Of a stretch of 64,000 nucleotides of DNA, positions 54,994 through 64,000 are shown in pieces (positions within the stretch are counted from its first letter, which is position 1; each line of letters begins with the position of its first letter). Source of the stretch: an uncultured Pseudomonadota bacterium (GTDB taxonomy: Bacteria > Babelota > Babeliae > Babelales > RVW-14); the NCBI GenBank assembly GCA_964527595.1, contig CAZGPI010000002.1:27225-91224 (forward strand), read 5' to 3'. The notes under the pieces were generated by a model. It did no database searches. It saw nothing but the letters and a program-made list of their open reading frames with translations, and had not been told where the DNA came from. Made by a program: the position numbers and the translations under genes.

Positions 54994-57495
54994 ATGATGA
55001 AAAAAGTGCTAACGTTATTCTTTTTTGTTTTAAGCTTTTCTTTATTTGGCATGTACGGTGCTTACCAATTAAGTCCACCAGGATCTCCGCAAAGGGATGG
55101 TCATAGGGATCGTGGCACGAAGCGTGCTCTTTCTGGCAATGGAGCAGCTTTCGAAAATCTAAAGAGAGCAAGAACAGATGGGGAATCTTTTTCTCCAGGC
55201 CGTCCCCCTTTATTTCCAAGCGCTGCTGTGTTAGCTCCTTCGCAAGCGGTTATCGATGCACGTAAAAGTTTGGAGAAATTTCTTACTCTATTGGGGGCTA
55301 AGGATAAGTTTGCCGAAATTTCACCCCAAATAAAAGATATTGACGGAGCGATTCCACAAATTACAAATTTAGATGAAATATTCAAAAAACATATTCGGAA
55401 CGGATTTTTAAATGGTGATTTAAGTATACCTGTTACCGATAGGCTGCTTACCTTTAAGATTGCTGATTCAGATGGAACTGGTGCTGCCGCCGAACCTGTT
55501 GAAGCTAAGTCAGATATCGAGGTTTCTGGTGGTAGCCTTGGTGGTTCGCCGGCTCGCCCACCAAGGACAATTGTGCCGCAGACTACGCCGAGTACTCAGA
55601 GGATTGCTTTACTTGAACTTGGCCCATTATTGCATCGACTTATCGGTTCTATTTTACTTGCTCCTGTTGGAAGTATTGATGAAGAATTGAGACAATTTGT
55701 TGCCGCCAGTTTCTTAATAGATCCACGCACATTTAAAATTTCTACAAGGCCCCACTCACCTAGCTCTGATCCGGTTGTCACATATCCAATATTAACTAAT
55801 CTTATTACTGCGTATCATACGCATATGCAAGATGCGGTTAGTGGATTGTCTTCTTTTGTTACATCTATTGATAAGAACGCGTTTATTGAAGAAATAGATA
55901 AACACGATTTAGTAACTTGGCTTCATTTTGAGCCGGGAAACATTGAGCGTTTGGCCGCTCATATTCGCCATCTTATTTTTAATCTTCATTGTTACCGGTC
56001 GGCTTTGCCTGATCCTTATTTAGCTAATCAAACTGATATTTTTTATCGTGATGCTATTAGATTGTATAAAAACATTGAAGCTTATATTGAAACTGCATTA
56101 ACAGAACTTCGATCAGAGGGTTTGCTAGAAGCAAGAGGGACTTTGTTAAGAAATACATTAACAAGAGCATATGAACGCATCCTTGATTTTAAACATCTTA
56201 TGGTGATATCTGAAAAGGTAGAAGAACGAGCCGTTGCTGGTGCCGTTAGTGATGTTGAAGTTGTTTCGTTTGCATATAAAAAATTGTTGATTTTGGCTAA
56301 GGCTATTGAAATTAGCCTTGGGATTGTTGCTAAGGCGGATTATCCTAGTCTAAATTTTGATAACATGGTCTTTGTAAAAGATGCGCACGGTTATCAAGTA
56401 ACGATTGAAAAAGGATCGCAATCATCAGCGTCTGGTGGCCATTTTGGGTTACCTGGGTTGGATAAAACGTCTTTTCCTGTTTATAAGGCGCTAGATCTTT
56501 GTGAATTGCCAAGCGTGATGGCAACGTTGTCAGAAAAACATCTAACTGTTAAAGCGTTTAAAGAATTGTATAAACAAGAAAGCACCGGAATTATATTGGG
56601 TGATTGGATAATTCATGATAAAGAAAAAGGAGCGGATGAAGATCCAAAATCGTCGAATCTTTTTCCAGAGTGTTATAGAGAGAACTACCTAAATTATGTG
56701 GGAATCTTAAATCGGGCGATTAATGACTCTGGATTTGCTGCAAGTGAGAACATTATTGTTTATACAAAACAACAAAAGAGAAAGCTTGGTGATCCTGAGT
56801 ATGGTCTATTGATGACATGTACTCACAAAAAGAATGATGTTTTTTTGATTAAACATCGGCATAATTTATCGTGTAAAAGCGAATTGTCGCAAGCAGCTGA
56901 AAAGCCCTGTGCTTACCATGAGAGCTTTATGTATGTAACGGTTTTTCGCCATGTTGATGAATATACTATTAATCTTGGTGGGGCGGCGGCGCCATTTAGG
57001 GTTACGACAATACATTCGGTATTTCCTATGGTTATCTTTGAGAAGGATGAGGTTATGGCTGATCGATTTACCATCAATATGTTGGTGAATGCGAAAGAGG
57101 TTGCCATGAATGCTATTAATGCTGAAATAGAAAGAGTGGAAGCTCCGCTACCAGGAGAAAGCCCAAAAAAGCGTAATGCGGCAAAAGCACTTAGCCCTAC
57201 AAGGTTTACACGAGAAGAATGGGCGGCCAAGAGAAAGGAAGATATTCCATTAATTGAAGCCCAAAAAAAATACGAAGAGCTCGTTGCTAGACGAAAACAA
57301 GCCATTGAAAACGCAAAAGCGGAAAAGAAACGGATAGAGGATCTGCCATTTACATATGAACCACTGGAAATAATGGCGGCAGAAATCAGAGCAAAGCTTG
57401 CTAGTCCAAGAGGAGATTTTTATGATGGGCGTTCTGGCAATTGCCGGTTAATAGAAATAGCACCACATGTTTTTGTTAGGGTCTTATTGTTATAG
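54994..57495 (+). CDS. Large hypothetical secreted protein (candidate host-directed effector)
   Basis: Signal-like start MMKKVLTLFFFVLSFSLFGMYGA, then a Pro/Gly/Arg-rich low-complexity region containing LKRARTDGE. C-terminal Lys/Glu-rich helix (EAQKKYEELVARRKQAIENAKAEKKRIEDL). No catalytic motif recognised. Confidence 0.5.
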   Translation: MMKKVLTLFFFVLSFSLFGMYGAYQLSPPGSPQRDGHRDRGTKRALSGNGAAFENLKRARTDGESFSPGRPPLFPSAAVLAPSQAVIDARKSLEKFLTLLGAKDKFAEISPQIKDIDGAIPQITNLDEIFKKHIRNGFLNGDLSIPVTDRLLTFKIADSDGTGAAAEPVEAKSDIEVSGGSLGGSPARPPRTIVPQTTPSTQRIALLELGPLLHRLIGSILLAPVGSIDEELRQFVAASFLIDPRTFKISTRPHSPSSDPVVTYPILTNLITAYHTHMQDAVSGLSSFVTSIDKNAFIEEIDKHDLVTWLHFEPGNIERLAAHIRHLIFNLHCYRSALPDPYLANQTDIFYRDAIRLYKNIEAYIETALTELRSEGLLEARGTLLRNTLTRAYERILDFKHLMVISEKVEERAVAGAVSDVEVVSFAYKKLLILAKAIEISLGIVAKADYPSLNFDNMVFVKDAHGYQVTIEKGSQSSASGGHFGLPGLDKTSFPVYKALDLCELPSVMATLSEKHLTVKAFKELYKQESTGIILGDWIIHDKEKGADEDPKSSNLFPECYRENYLNYVGILNRAINDSGFAASENIIVYTKQQKRKLGDPEYGLLMTCTHKKNDVFLIKHRHNLSCKSELSQAAEKPCAYHESFMYVTVFRHVDEYTINLGGAAAPFRVTTIHSVFPMVIFEKDEVMADRFTINMLVNAKEVAMNAINAEIERVEAPLPGESPKKRNAAKALSPTRFTREEWAAKRKEDIPLIEAQKKYEELVARRKQAIENAKAEKKRIEDLPFTYEPLEIMAAEIRAKLASPRGDFYDGRSGNCRLIEIAPHVFVRVLLL

Positions 57496-57504
57496 TAAAA
57501 TTAA

Positions 57505-58815
57505 TTAGGCCGTGATGCTTTGTACCAAGGCGTTGCGGCCTACCGTTTTTTGCTCGCCGGTTTTCATATCCTTAACCGTATATTTGTCCGCTTTTATCTC
57601 ATCCTCACCAACCAAAATAACAAACCCGATTCCCAATTTATTGGCGTAATCGAGTTTTTTCTTCATTTTTCCGGTTTCCAAATAGACTTCCGTATTAATG
57701 CCAGCGGTGCGTAATTGGGTGGCAATTTCTAGTGGAATGGTTAGGTTTTCGACCAATGGAACAACCAATACTTTCGTTGTGGTGCCAATAGCTGAATTAA
57801 TAATGTTGTGTTCTTTAAGTTGTGAAAAGAGGCGGGTTAGGCCAATCGAAATGCCAACGCCGGGTAATTTTTTGTTACAAAATGATTCGGCTAAATTATC
57901 ATAACGGCCACCTGAGCAAACCGATCCAATTTGGGGGAGGGAATTTAACATTGTTTCATAAACGGTACCGGTATAGTAATCAAGGCCGCGAGCAATTGAA
58001 AGATCAAGCTCATAGTTTGTTGCCGGAATACCAAGTTCTTCAAGATGCTTGGTAACGGTTGTCAGTTCCTGTATTCCCAGAGCAAAAAGGTCATTGGTTA
58101 TATTGAGATTATTGAGTGCATTAAGGACAGCGGTTGATGAACCCCTAAGCGCGACCAATGTTAAAATTTGTTCAATAGTTTTGGCTGCGATGCCTATAAT
58201 TTCAAGTTCAGCGACTACTTTATCGCGACCAATTTTTTCAAGTTTATCAATAATGCGCAATATCGGGGTCATTTGATCACCAACGCCAAGGCCTGCAAAA
58301 AAGCCATTAAGGATCTTGCGGTTATTGATGCGAATGGTAAATTCGCCGACGTTTAGCGCCGTAAAGGTAGCGTTAATGACGCTCAAAATTTCAGCATCAT
58401 TGATCAAATTAAGTTGTTCATTGCCGATAATGTCGATATCGCATTGATAAAATTCACGGTAACGGCCCTTTTGTGCTCGTTCGCCACGATATACTTTGCC
58501 TATGTGGTAGCGGCGAAAAGGGAAGGCAAGTTCATTCATGTGTTCGCTGACGTAGCGCGCAAGAGGAACCGTTAAATCAAAACGGAGGGCTTGAGGGGTA
58601 TCGCCTTTATCGATGCGATAAATTTGTTTATCTGTTTCTTCGCCGGCATTGGCAAATAATACTTCAGCGCGCTCAATAACGGGCGTATCGAGTGGTATGA
58701 AGCCAAATCGTTCATAGGTTGTACGAATGGTATCGAGCATTTTGTTAAAAATAAGTTGATCTGCGGGGAGTAATTCCATGAAGCCGGACATAACCTGCGT
58801 ATTGATCTTAGTCAT
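57505..58815 (-). CDS. hisS: Histidine--tRNA ligase
   Basis: GFMELLP, FRRYHIGKVYRGERAQKGRYREFYQCD (motif 2), RGLDYYTGTVYE and GGRYDNL (motif 3), plus a C-terminal anticodon-binding domain. Confidence 0.95.
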   Translation of the reverse strand: MTKINTQVMSGFMELLPADQLIFNKMLDTIRTTYERFGFIPLDTPVIERAEVLFANAGEETDKQIYRIDKGDTPQALRFDLTVPLARYVSEHMNELAFPFRRYHIGKVYRGERAQKGRYREFYQCDIDIIGNEQLNLINDAEILSVINATFTALNVGEFTIRINNRKILNGFFAGLGVGDQMTPILRIIDKLEKIGRDKVVAELEIIGIAAKTIEQILTLVALRGSSTAVLNALNNLNITNDLFALGIQELTTVTKHLEELGIPATNYELDLSIARGLDYYTGTVYETMLNSLPQIGSVCSGGRYDNLAESFCNKKLPGVGISIGLTRLFSQLKEHNIINSAIGTTTKVLVVPLVENLTIPLEIATQLRTAGINTEVYLETGKMKKKLDYANKLGIGFVILVGEDEIKADKYTVKDMKTGEQKTVGRNALVQSITA

Positions 58816-58841
58816 GGTAGATCCTTAAGGCTTTTGTTAAT

Positions 58842-58870
58842 TAGGGAGGTGCGGGAGGGAACGGCCCGCA
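58842..58870 (+). repeat. GC-rich stem-loop repeat, short form, copy 10 (hisS-ychF spacer, antisense to transcription)
   Basis: TAGGGAGG-T-GCGGG-AGGGAACGG-CCCGC-A. Confidence 0.9.
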
Positions 58871-58883
58871 TACCAATTTTTAC

Positions 58884-60005
58884 TCATACATTAAAACGTA
58901 TATTCAAGAGATCGCCGTCTTGAACGATATATTCTTTGCCTTCAATGCGGAGCTTACCTTGGGCTTTGAGTTGTTGCTCGCTACCGGCTGCAAAAATATC
59001 TTCGCAGTTATAAACTTCGGCACAAATAAAACCACGTTCAAGATCTGAGTGAATTTCGCCAGCGGCTCGAGGGCACTTGGTGCCGGAATGAATACTCCAA
59101 GCATGAGCCTCTTTTGGCCCGCAAGTGAAGTAGGATATAAGTCCGAGATTTGTGTATGCTTTGGCGATAATATTGTCTAATCCCTTTTCGGTGATATCAA
59201 GCGATTCCATCATTTCGGCCGCATCGGTCTCGCTCATTTGAGCTAATTCGGATTCGATTTTGGCCGAAACCGGAATGACTTTATCTTTGCCAAAACGTTC
59301 GATGAGGCTTTGGTAATGTGGATTAGCTAGGTAATTGCTACCCGAATAATCGTCTTCTGATAAATTTGCGATGATAAGATAATTTTTTCCAGAAAGGAGA
59401 GGGATGATTTGGGTTCCGGCCGCCTTTGCTTGAGTAACAAGTGCTTGAACTTTAAGTATATCACCAGCATTTAAAGCTGCTTTAACGGCAACCAAAAAAG
59501 CTTTTTCCGCTTCTTGATCTTTAATTTGTTGTGCTGTGTTGCCATGCTTTTTCATAGTTGCGCCTAATCGTTCGTCACGTTTTATGACCGATTCAAGGTC
59601 TTTAAGCATAAGCTCGGCGCAGATGGTTTCAAAGTCATCGATAGGGTTAATTGAGTTATGAACGTGGGTGACGTTTGGGTCTTCGAAACAACGCAGGACG
59701 TTGAGTATAAGGTCAACTTCCATGATGTGTGATAGAAACTGATTTCCTAGACCCTCTCCCTCTGCTGCCCCCTTAACCAATCCGGCAATATCGACAAATT
59801 TGACGACGGTTGGAATTGTTTTTCCTGATTTAAAGATTTTGGCAAGGCGATCAAGGCGTTCATCAGGTACGTTGGTAATCGCAATGTTTGGATCGACCGT
59901 ACAGAAAGGATAATTTTCTGCTGGGATGCTTGAATTGGTAAGTGCATTAAAGAGTGTTGATTTTCCTACGTTTGGAAGTCCAACGAGTCCTGCTTGAATT
60001 GCCAT
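58884..60005 (-). CDS. ychF: Ribosome-binding ATPase YchF (Obg-family)
   Basis: GLVGLPNVGKSTLFNALT, FCTVDPN, DIAGLVKGA and a C-terminal TGS-like domain (RAAGEIHSDLERGFI). Confidence 0.93.
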   Translation of the reverse strand: MAIQAGLVGLPNVGKSTLFNALTNSSIPAENYPFCTVDPNIAITNVPDERLDRLAKIFKSGKTIPTVVKFVDIAGLVKGAAEGEGLGNQFLSHIMEVDLILNVLRCFEDPNVTHVHNSINPIDDFETICAELMLKDLESVIKRDERLGATMKKHGNTAQQIKDQEAEKAFLVAVKAALNAGDILKVQALVTQAKAAGTQIIPLLSGKNYLIIANLSEDDYSGSNYLANPHYQSLIERFGKDKVIPVSAKIESELAQMSETDAAEMMESLDITEKGLDNIIAKAYTNLGLISYFTCGPKEAHAWSIHSGTKCPRAAGEIHSDLERGFICAEVYNCEDIFAAGSEQQLKAQGKLRIEGKEYIVQDGDLLNIRFNV

Positions 60006-60033
60006 GTAAACCTTTCGATATTTCTCAGTTTCT

Positions 60034-60063
60034 TAGGGGGATGCCAAGGGGGAACTCCTTGGC
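60034..60063 (+). repeat. GC-rich stem-loop repeat, diverged member, copy 11
   Basis: TAGGGGGAT-GCCAAGG-GGGAACT-CCTTGGC. It keeps the TAGGG head and the GGGAAC loop core but has a completely different, still complementary stem. Confidence 0.6.
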
Positions 60064-60123
60064 GATAACAATTATGTTCCACGCCCTAATCCTAGCAGGT
60101 AACGCAAATTTTGTCACTTTTCG

Positions 60124-61374
60124 CTATTGGTAATTTTCTGGGTGCATCGCATGCAAGTCACGATCAATTTGGGGGTAATCGTGAAGTTGCTCAATGGAAC
60201 AAGCACGAAAGTGTTCAAGATCCCTTTGGTCGAGCAATGTTTCATACTCTTCATCGGCTGGCATTAAGCCTTTTTTAACCAAGGTTAAATAGGCAACGGC
60301 GTGGCATTGGCAGCTGATCGTATTGATACCGGCCTTTTCAGCGCCAATAAGATTTCTAGGGGAATCATCGATGAATGTGCATCGCGGGGCAAATGCTTTC
60401 AATCCTGGGCATGTTAATTCAATTGAGGAAATTAATTGAATTAATTGATTTCGGTGTCTTGTTATTTCGGCTACAAGTTCTTTTCCTCGCATCTTATTTA
60501 AAGCAATTTTTTCATGTAGTCGGCCGAGAACTATTCCGTACATAAAGTCATCAACGAGATCGGGTGTTTCGCGAAGACTTTTAAGGTGTTCTGTTGCATG
60601 AGCTAAATTGTCGTCGCACTCAAATTTTTCTTGGAGGCTTTTAAGGAGGTTGTTTTTTATTTGAATACACTGAGCTTTTGCTTCGAATGGGACGCTTGGG
60701 CAATTTAATGTTAAAAAATATTTGTAACACAAGACATCAGGTTTACCAAGACCAAGGCAGCAAGAATACCCCTCGCTCAGCACAAACCCGAGGGCTTTCA
60801 TTTTTCTAGCTTCTGCAAAAATATCAGGATATTGATAGCTACTGGTTTCATTCACGCGAGGGAAATATTCTGGGTTGTCTATACCTGCAATACAGTACGT
60901 TGAGATGTTTGAAAGCATGAGGAGTGCATATCCTAGGGACTTGAGTCTTGTGAAAATTTCCATACCGGCTCGTATTGGTTTGACCCAGTTGCCGATTTCG
61001 CCAATATAACTTACCACAGCATCATAATCCTGTCCCTTTTCTGCCGCTTCTTGGGCAACTTGTTCCTTGGTGGCTACTCCCAAGTCCATGTCATACCAGG
61101 TTCTAGCACACATCGTTGCTTCAGCTTTAAATCGAGGGCTGGCTGGTGTTGGTACCTCAAGGTCGGCTTTTGCCTTATCTACGCAAAATAAAACCCCAAA
61201 AAAATCAAATATGATTATGGGCGAATCGAGAGAGGCTTCTTTTTCTGGTCGTTCTAATAAATCAAAATCATTAGAAGAAAAAGAATTTTCCATCGCTGGG
61301 CAAGTTATAGGTGTTATAGTAAAAAGAAGAAAAAGTGAAAGTGTTGTGCCGAGAAAAAGCTTTTGAAACTTCAT
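60124..61374 (-). CDS. Secreted HAD-superfamily-like protein with degenerate motif I and a large insert
   Basis: Signal-like N-terminus. IIIFDFFGVLF has motif I with the nucleophile Asp but Phe in place of the second Asp. Also LMLSN (motif II), GKPD (motif III Lys) and TFIDDSPRN (motif IV). Confidence 0.45.
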   Translation of the reverse strand: MKFQKLFLGTTLSLFLLFTITPITCPAMENSFSSNDFDLLERPEKEASLDSPIIIFDFFGVLFCVDKAKADLEVPTPASPRFKAEATMCARTWYDMDLGVATKEQVAQEAAEKGQDYDAVVSYIGEIGNWVKPIRAGMEIFTRLKSLGYALLMLSNISTYCIAGIDNPEYFPRVNETSSYQYPDIFAEARKMKALGFVLSEGYSCCLGLGKPDVLCYKYFLTLNCPSVPFEAKAQCIQIKNNLLKSLQEKFECDDNLAHATEHLKSLRETPDLVDDFMYGIVLGRLHEKIALNKMRGKELVAEITRHRNQLIQLISSIELTCPGLKAFAPRCTFIDDSPRNLIGAEKAGINTISCQCHAVAYLTLVKKGLMPADEEYETLLDQRDLEHFRACSIEQLHDYPQIDRDLHAMHPENYQ

Positions 61375-61595
61375 ATAAATCCTTTAATTTATTTTTTAAT
61401 TATGTTCAAATTATGCTCAAGCTTATCATGAGGTGATGAATTATTTTCAACAAAAAGAGAAGTGGGTGCTTTTTGCCTTTAAAACCAGGCGTTTTTCAGG
61501 CTGTACTTGTGTCTTATTTATGGTTTTATTATACTAAAAAACAGTTGCACCTTGTGAATGTTACCCGCTTGTATAGCATTTTTTAGGAATTTATT

Positions 61596-63044
61596 GTGGT
61601 TTCATTTTTTATTAAGACATATGGATGTCAGGCAAATGTTGCCGATTCAGAGGGGCTTACCCGTTATTTACTTGATCTTGAATGTGAGCAAGTTGATAAG
61701 GCAAGTTCGGCCGATTTAATTCTTATAAATACGTGCGCAATTCGCGATAAAGCTGAGCAGAAGCTTTATTCATATATTGGTGAATTAGCTCCATTAAAGA
61801 AAATGAAGCCATATCTAAAGATTGGCATTATTGGTTGTGTTGCTAGTTATCGTAAGCTAGAAATTTATCAATCGTTTGACCATATCTCATTTGTTTATGG
61901 TGCGCGAGACGAAATGCAAACATTGCAGGTATACCTTGCCGATGCCATTGAAAAAATAAGTACGCTTAAACAGCTTCATGCAGAAGATCCTCAGGCGGAC
62001 ATTGGAAGTAAAAACAGGCAAGATCGAGATCTGAAAAAATTTGTTGAGTTCCGGCCATTGCTTAAGGCGTCAAAAATTACAAAGGCATTGTCGGTAAACA
62101 TCAGTGAATTTAATCTGAAAAAGCATGCAGCTGAAGGGGTTGCTCCTTCTGGCGTTGCGTGTGAGGTTAAGCGCTCATTTATCAATATTATGACCGGGTG
62201 CAATAAATATTGTTCGTATTGCATTGTGCCATTCACTCGTGGTTGTGAAGTCAGTTATGCTATGAGTGAGATTCTTGCTGCGGTTACCAGGGACGTGGCT
62301 ATGGGCTCACGTGAAGTGACGCTTATAGGCCAAAACGTTAATTCATATATAGATCCAGAAACGGGTGCACGGTTTCCTGAATTGCTTGAGCGTGTTGCCA
62401 AGATACCGGGTACGTTTTGGATTCGGTACATGAGTCCTCATCCACAAGATATGACTAAGGACCTTTTTGATGTGATGGCCGCTTATCGTCCAAAAATAAC
62501 CGCATTTCTTCATTTTCCAATGCAATCAGGGTGTGATAAAATTTTACAATCGATGAATCGCAATTATACGGTTCAAGAATATATAGAAAAAATTGGATGG
62601 ATCAGAGAAAAGTTACCCGGAGCAACAATTTCAACAGATATTATTGTTGGATTTCCTGGCGAGACAGAGCAAGACTTTTTGGAGACAATGCGGGTAATTG
62701 AGCTCGTAAGATTTGACTTGATCTATTCGTTTGTTTATTCGCCTCGCCGTTATACAAAGGCGATTTCGATGGAAGACAATTGCTCGTTAGCTGAGAAAAC
62801 GAAGCGACTTGAATTTTTGCAAAAACGGCAAATGGAGATCGCTGCAGAGGTAAATTCACTCAATATTGGAAACAACTTTAAAGTTCTTGTTGAAAAACGC
62901 CTCGCACGTGGTAAACTTTTGTCTAGAACAGAAGGAAACATCCGAGTTCTTCTCGATGGAAGTGACGATCTTATTGGTCAATATGTGACCGTGCGGATTG
63001 AACGTGTTGGCCCAGCCAATATGACTGCAGTTATTGTTCCTTGA
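61596..63044 (+). CDS. miaB: tRNA-i6A37 methylthiotransferase MiaB (radical SAM MTTase)
   Basis: FFIKTYGCQANVADSE...INTCAIR (N-terminal MTTase Cys triad), the radical-SAM cluster GCNKYCSYCIVP and a C-terminal TRAM-like domain. GTG start. Confidence 0.88.
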   Translation: MVSFFIKTYGCQANVADSEGLTRYLLDLECEQVDKASSADLILINTCAIRDKAEQKLYSYIGELAPLKKMKPYLKIGIIGCVASYRKLEIYQSFDHISFVYGARDEMQTLQVYLADAIEKISTLKQLHAEDPQADIGSKNRQDRDLKKFVEFRPLLKASKITKALSVNISEFNLKKHAAEGVAPSGVACEVKRSFINIMTGCNKYCSYCIVPFTRGCEVSYAMSEILAAVTRDVAMGSREVTLIGQNVNSYIDPETGARFPELLERVAKIPGTFWIRYMSPHPQDMTKDLFDVMAAYRPKITAFLHFPMQSGCDKILQSMNRNYTVQEYIEKIGWIREKLPGATISTDIIVGFPGETEQDFLETMRVIELVRFDLIYSFVYSPRRYTKAISMEDNCSLAEKTKRLEFLQKRQMEIAAEVNSLNIGNNFKVLVEKRLARGKLLSRTEGNIRVLLDGSDDLIGQYVTVRIERVGPANMTAVIVP

Positions 63045-63058
63045 AAAAAATCTGAGGT

Positions 63059-63132
63059 GGCGGCATAGCCAAGTGGTAAGGCAATGGACTGCAAATCCGT
63101 GATCCCCGGTTCAAATCCGGGTGCCGCCTCCA
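63059..63132 (+). tRNA. tRNA-Cys (anticodon GCA), CCA encoded
   Basis: Hand-folded cloverleaf. Acceptor GGCGGCA/TGCCGCC, anticodon stem ATGGA/TCCGT with loop CTGCAAA, T arm CCCGG-TTCAAAT-CCGGG, and a 3-prime TCCA. Confidence 0.9.
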
Positions 63133-63144
63133 CATAAAATGGTT

Positions 63145-63232
63145 GCCGGGGTGGCGGAATTGGTAGACGCAAGGGACTTAAAATCCCTCGGATGTATAAT
63201 CCGTGCCGGTTCGAGTCCGGCCCTCGGCACCA
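63145..63232 (+). tRNA. tRNA-Leu (anticodon UAA), class II long variable arm, CCA encoded
   Basis: Acceptor GCCGGGG/CCTCGGC (one G-U pair), anticodon stem AGGGA/TCCCT with loop CTTAAAA, a long variable arm, T arm GCCGG-TTCGAGT-CCGGC, and a 3-prime ACCA. Confidence 0.9.
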
Positions 63233-63512
63233 TATAATAAATTCTTTATGATCTCTATTTAATTCTTATCTAAACCCACAGTTTTTATTTTTAGTAAAAC
63301 TCTTGAAAAAGGGCTTCAATTTTTTTTAAATTAGTCGCTTGGTTTGAAAATGTTGCCTCGCTGTCTTGTGTTTCATGATTAATTTAATAAAGAATACTTG
63401 ACAAAAGTTATTTGATGAACGATCCTGTGATAAGTGATCACTGATTGATGTTGTAGGTGGTGTTGTTAAAAATGGTTATAGTCTAACCTGCTCTTTAAAA
63501 GAGGAGATTTCC

Positions 63513-63785
63513 ATGAATAAAGCTGCGTTGATTGAACACATGGCAAAAGAAACCAAGTTGCCTAAAACAACTTGCAAAAGTGCCTTAGAATCCTTTATCA
63601 AGGCCGTTGAAGGCACACTCAAGAAAGGCAAAACCGTTGTCTTAACAGGCTTCGGAACCTTCGCTGTTATGAAAAGAAAAGAACGTCTTGGTATCAATCC
63701 TGCAACTGGCCAAAAGATGAAGATCCCAAGCAAGAGAGTTCCAAAATTCAAGCCTGGCAAGAGATTGAAGGACATGGTCCTCTAG
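63513..63785 (+). CDS. hup: HU/IHF-family DNA-binding protein
   Basis: MNKAALIEHMAKETKLPKTTCKSALESFI...GFGTF...RKERLGINPATGQKMKIP...VPKFKPGKRLKD at 90 aa. AGAGGAG is the SD upstream. Confidence 0.93.
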   Translation: MNKAALIEHMAKETKLPKTTCKSALESFIKAVEGTLKKGKTVVLTGFGTFAVMKRKERLGINPATGQKMKIPSKRVPKFKPGKRLKDMVL

Positions 63786-63813
63786 ATTTCTGCAAAAAAT
63801 TAAATTTTTTAAA

Positions 63814-63846
63814 GGGTGGTAGCGCAAGCGCTAGCGCCCTTTTTTA
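63814..63846 (+). terminator. Probable rho-independent terminator after the HU gene
   Basis: Imperfect GC-rich hairpin GGGTGGTAGCGC-AA-GCGCTAGCGCCC, followed by TTTTTTATT. Confidence 0.65.
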
Positions 63847-64000
63847 TTGGGTATCGGCGAATATTTTGACGGTTTATCGTAATTGGATAGTGCTCTGTGT
63901 TAGCCTAATATTTGGTTAACATGCCATTGAGGTGTGTTGGAGGATCAGATAAAAGGAACGCGGAGGGGATATGTTATTCAGTACTACCGTCGGCACTACC

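Noticed and set aside
52906-57520. Shared 15-mer TAGGCCGTG[T/A]TGCTT at 52906 and 57506.
   Set aside because: This is a single pair with one mismatch. One copy is simply the hisS C-terminal codons plus stop. By rough reasoning, a 64-kb two-strand comparison is expected to yield such matches by chance.
62978-63172. 64-aa minus-strand ORF.
   Set aside because: It overlaps the two hand-folded tRNA genes (Cys and Leu) and the miaB 3-prime end. The tRNA cloverleaves explain the sequence.
63395-63440. TTGACA hexamer upstream of the HU gene, considered as a sigma-70 -35 box.
   Set aside because: No convincing -10 hexamer lies at 16-18 nt spacing (GATCCT is the best). A promoter call cannot be supported from sequence alone.
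63971-64000. Possible start of another gene (ATG 63971 preceded by GGAGGGG, reading MLFSTTVGTT).
   Set aside because: Only 10 codons are visible before the window ends, which is too little to support a call.

Overview
AT-rich, gene-dense bacterial chromosome segment with about 52 protein genes and 2 tRNAs. I found no rRNA, CRISPR array, transposase, integrase or phage genes. Positions 1-37.8 kb form one very large envelope-glycan supercluster. It carries four nucleotide-sugar routes: a UDP-xylose-type decarboxylase; GDP-mannose to GDP-fucose and GDP-(N-acetyl)perosamine; CDP-3,6-dideoxyhexose via rfbF/G/H plus an E3-like reductase; and galE. It also has two polyprenyl-phosphate-type GT2 enzymes, an MsbA/PglK-like ABC exporter, GT4 and GT2 transferases, a split transketolase, an AsnB-type amidotransferase and an FAD oxidoreductase. 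Most unusually, it holds at least six polytopic GT-C-like membrane glycosyltransferases in two paralog families, plus one further unclassified polytopic protein. murE and a few orphan genes are embedded in the cluster. The right half is housekeeping (pcrA/uvrD, atpD-atpC, secA, murI, hisS, ychF, miaB, HU, tRNA-Cys, tRNA-Leu), mixed with two tandem TLC/Npt nucleotide transporters, a PQ-loop protein, a lone NurA-like nuclease, a degenerate HisRS-like protein and several signal-peptide orphan proteins. That mix suggests a host-dependent, energy-parasitic lifestyle (inference). The most striking unexplained signal is a dispersed family of 11 short GC-rich stem-loop repeats, consensus TA[AG]GGGAGG-stem-AGGGAACGG-stem'. 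Their stem arms differ between copies but stay complementary. They come in short (about 27 nt) and long (about 53-66 nt) forms. They sit at gene boundaries and also in-frame inside conserved genes (gmd, murE, a GT-C-like gene). All functional calls rest on motif-level reading of the translations; no database search was possible.
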